From Candidatus Hydrogenedentota bacterium (GTDB lineage: Bacteria; Hydrogenedentota; Hydrogenedentia; Hydrogenedentales; SLHB01), in assembly GCA_963674865.2 (NCBI GenBank), contig CAXXYE010000009.1, forward strand, positions 960,001-1,024,000: 64,000 nt of DNA. The letters are read 5' to 3'. A program made the position numbers and the translations under genes. Under the pieces are notes generated by a model. It saw only the letters and a list, made by a program, of their open reading frames with translations, was not told where the DNA came from and made no database searches. Position 1 is the stretch's first letter. Each line of letters starts with the position of its first letter. Shown in pieces: positions 61,194 through 64,000 of this stretch.

Positions 61194-61387
61194 CAGCGAA
61201 CTGCAGTCGTACCAGCGCGTCTTCGCTGAGGCGCTCATAGCATGCGCCGAACGTGTCATACTTGGTGCCAGATTGGTGTGATGTGGCAGAAGAGCTTGAC
61301 GGAGTGTCCGGTGGCCGCTCGTGGTGGTCGGGCTTGCGCGTGTCGGGAAGAACGCACAAAGGGCATGCTAGAGTGGAACAGGGGGCA

Positions 61388-62551
61388 GTGCAGTTGGAGT
61401 ATCCTGAGGAGCCGGCCACGCAGCAATTGCCTAAGGTTGCCTTGGCATGTCCCGGGATTGGTCTTGTTCAGCGAGGTTTTGAGCGTCTATTCCGGGATCA
61501 GTTCGATCTCCTGGAAGGTGACCTGGAGATAACGCTGTTCAAAGGAGGGGGAAGGCCGAGTCAGCGAGAGAAGGTTCTTAACTTTGTTGCGCGAAACGGC
61601 CGCGTGGCGAAGTGGGCACCCCTTCACAGGCTGTTTGGGCGCACGCCCATGCATAGTGAGTGCCTGACGTTCGCCCTCGCCCTCTTGCCGCACCTGTCCA
61701 GGGGGCGGTACGATATCGTTCATTGTATTGATCCGCCATTGACACGCGTTCTCTTCAAATTGCGCGCGCTATTGTGTATGAAGTTCCGTCTTCTGTACAC
61801 GGAAGGGTGCGCTATGTCTCCCGCGGATTATCCGCCCGCGGATCACATGCAACAGATAGCGAAGGTGAGCTATGACGAGGCCCTGCGCCATGGACTCCCC
61901 GGGAATTATATGACCCTGCTGCCTTGCGGCATCTATCCGGAGCGGTTCGCGTGCGCCCACAGCCGCGCGCAGTTGCGAGAGGAACACGGTATTGCCGAAG
62001 ATGTCTTTGTGATCCTGTGCGTCGCCGCCCTCAATCGCAATCACAAACGGGTTGACTACTTGATCGAAGAGGTCTCCCGGGTGGAAGGGAAATGCCTGCT
62101 CTGGCTGGACGGCAGTCTCGACCACGGCGATCCCGGCTTGGTGGACTTCGCCAGGGAGCGCCTGGGCGAACGCTGCCGCATCACGCATGTGGCTTCCAAC
62201 GAGGTCGCCGAGCTGTATCATTTGGCCGATATTCAGGTGCATTGCTCGCTATTCGAAGCCTTCGGCTTGTCCATTGTCGAGGGAGCGGCCACGGGACTAC
62301 CTTTGTTGACACACAACGCTCCCCATTTCCAGTGGCTTTTGCCGAATCCTGATTCCTGGATTGACATGGAGCGGCCCGGAGCCCTGTCTGCCCGCCTTTC
62401 CTTCCTCATGTCGCATCCTGAGGCGCTCGAAGCGCTTACTTGCGCCGGGCAAGTAAGCGAGAGGTTTGCGTGGGAGAATCTGAAGCACGAGTACCTTGCG
62501 TTGTATCGCCGCGTTGCTGAGGGGCCGCTCTCAAAGGGGCGAAGGCAATGA
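61388..62551 (+). CDS. GT4 glycosyltransferase
   Basis: HKRVDYLI, LYHLAD..HCSLFEAFGLSIVEGAATGLP. Start uncertain (GTG 61388 after GGGGG; frame open from 61253). Confidence 0.85.
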   Translation: MQLEYPEEPATQQLPKVALACPGIGLVQRGFERLFRDQFDLLEGDLEITLFKGGGRPSQREKVLNFVARNGRVAKWAPLHRLFGRTPMHSECLTFALALLPHLSRGRYDIVHCIDPPLTRVLFKLRALLCMKFRLLYTEGCAMSPADYPPADHMQQIAKVSYDEALRHGLPGNYMTLLPCGIYPERFACAHSRAQLREEHGIAEDVFVILCVAALNRNHKRVDYLIEEVSRVEGKCLLWLDGSLDHGDPGLVDFARERLGERCRITHVASNEVAELYHLADIQVHCSLFEAFGLSIVEGAATGLPLLTHNAPHFQWLLPNPDSWIDMERPGALSARLSFLMSHPEALEALTCAGQVSERFAWENLKHEYLALYRRVAEGPLSKGRRQ

Positions 62552-63537
62552 GCTCGCACGCGGACAGCACAGGTGACATGTTGAACTTATCCGTCCTGAT
62601 AGTGAGTTGGAACTCGCGTGAACTTCTCATGGATTGCCTCGCGTCCGTCGAAAGGGAGATGAGGCTGTCGCCGGATGCCTACGAGATCATTGTTGTGGAT
62701 AACGCCTCTTCGGATGGCAGCGTTCAAGAGGGGCGCGAGAGGTTTCCGCATGTCCGATGGGAAGAGAATCCGGAGAATCTGGGCTTCGCCGCGGGGTGCA
62801 ATCGGGCCTATTCCCTGAGCCGAGGGCAATGTATCCTCTTGCTCAATCCGGACACCGTGATCCTTGATCATGCAATTGACGAGATGCTGGCCGAATTTGA
62901 GCAAAGGCCTCAAGCCGGGGCGCTGGGGTCACGTCTTGTCAACGGAACGGATCGGTCCTTTCAGCGAGCCGCTGGCGGTGCTTTCCCTTCGCCCGCAAAC
63001 GTTGCGTGGAACTACCTCTTCTGGGGCCGCTTGTTTCCAAGCCGGTTCTCGCCGCCTCCGCTCTTTCTGAAAGGCGATCCTCGAGAGGTTATCGAAGTCG
63101 ACTGGGTTTCGGGAGCCGCCATGCTTCTGCGTCGAGAGGCCTTGGGAGACAGCATCTTCGACGAGTCCTTCTTCCTTTTCGGGGAAGACATGGATCTTTG
63201 CGATCGCCTTCACCAGCGTGGGTGGCGCGTGCTTTATTCGGGCAAGACCAGCGTTCTGCACTATCATGGCCAGAGCTATCAGAAGCAGTCCTCGTTGGAG
63301 GTGCTTGAAACAGCGGTGAAAGGTCCTCGGGCGTTTTTCAAGCGCCGGCATGGGCGTGTCGAACTCGTCCTATATGACATGATCCTGCTTGTCGGCTATT
63401 TGGCGAGATGGGTTCTGTTTGGCCTTGTCGCCGTTGTACGTCCCGGCCGCGGTTATGGCACGCTGGCGTCGCTGAGCCGGTGTTATGCATTCACCGTGCT
63501 CCGGCTGCTGTGGGAGAGGACGCCGGTTAAGATATGA
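62548..63537 (+). CDS. GT2 glycosyltransferase (WbbL-like)
   Basis: IVSWN, VVDNASSDGS, NLGFAAGCN, LLNPD, WVSGA, EDMDLC; ATGA overlap with the upstream gene. Confidence 0.9.
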   Translation: MSSHADSTGDMLNLSVLIVSWNSRELLMDCLASVEREMRLSPDAYEIIVVDNASSDGSVQEGRERFPHVRWEENPENLGFAAGCNRAYSLSRGQCILLLNPDTVILDHAIDEMLAEFEQRPQAGALGSRLVNGTDRSFQRAAGGAFPSPANVAWNYLFWGRLFPSRFSPPPLFLKGDPREVIEVDWVSGAAMLLRREALGDSIFDESFFLFGEDMDLCDRLHQRGWRVLYSGKTSVLHYHGQSYQKQSSLEVLETAVKGPRAFFKRRHGRVELVLYDMILLVGYLARWVLFGLVAVVRPGRGYGTLASLSRCYAFTVLRLLWERTPVKI

Positions 63538-63571
63538 GTCTTCGCAAAGATCCAGTGGACTTTTCGGCTAC

Positions 63572-64000
63572 ATGAACACGACCTTCCATGGCCCAGAAGC
63601 TTCGGGGTGCGTTCAGGACGGCCCGCCGTTCTTCAGCATCATCATGAATGTATACAATGGCGAGAAGTATCTCCCAGAGGCGATAGAAAGTGTTCTTGCT
63701 CAGACGTTTGCTCGCTGGGAGTTGATCTGTTGGGACGACTGCTCAGCGGATCGAAGCGCGGATGTCTGCCGCCAATACTCCGATGAACGCATCCGCTATT
63801 ACCTCGCCCCTACCCACACGTCGGTGGCTGAGGCCCGTAACGCCGCCATGCAGCAAGCCCGGGGGCAATGGCTCGCGTTTCTCGATCAGGATGACTTCTG
63901 GGAGCCCACCAAGCTGGCCGATCAACACGCATTGATCGCACAGAAAGCCGGAGCGAATCTCGGAATTGTCTATGGCCGGACGATGCAAGTGGATAGACGC
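63572..64000 (+). CDS. GT2 glycosyltransferase, truncated by the window end
   Basis: Manual translation: FSIIMNVYNGEKYLPEAIESVLAQTF..WDDCSADRS..ARN..WLAFLDQDDFW. Confidence 0.88.
   Translation, partial: MNTTFHGPEASGCVQDGPPFFSIIMNVYNGEKYLPEAIESVLAQTFARWELICWDDCSADRSADVCRQYSDERIRYYLAPTHTSVAEARNAAMQQARGQWLAFLDQDDFWEPTKLADQHALIAQKAGANLGIVYGRTMQVDRR

Noticed and set aside
1..64000. Long antisense or alternate-frame ORFs (e.g. 17649-19013, 44583-45794, 38482-39657, 56907-58064)
   Set aside because: They overlap well-supported genes, lack recognisable motifs, and are expected in high-GC DNA.

Overview
GC-rich bacterial chromosomal window with about 40 protein-coding genes; no rRNA, tRNA or CRISPR array was seen. 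The gene content resembles Ca. Hydrogenedentota or a similar carbohydrate-degrading lineage (impression only, not tested). Housekeeping genes: xerD, aceE-aceF-lpdA, rlmB, ogt, rmlA, Uxs, a copper P-type ATPase, mntP and a ZIP transporter. Carbohydrate-active or secreted proteins: GH36, GH4, GH42-like, GH127-like, sulfatase, CBM9/DUF5916, and a sugar ABC permease pair. A glycosyltransferase cluster starts at the right edge. Mobile DNA: one complete IS1202-type element (6068-7649, 17-bp target duplication) and several small non-autonomous elements, including a nested set at 35.85-36.24 kb. Most unusual observations: (i) an inverted, about 80%-identical relic of the last 29 codons of the helicase-associated gene, 28 kb away and overlapping the sfsA stop codon; (ii) a 53-aa leader-plus-amphipathic-helix small protein absent from the ORF track; (iii) a solute-binding protein-permease fusion with Cys-rich CxxC inserts, paired with a permease carrying five helical repeats; (iv) a NagZ-like GH3-LysM3 protein lacking the catalytic His; (v) a structured 3' non-coding region inside the IS. 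All family assignments come from motif recognition by eye; no database search was run.
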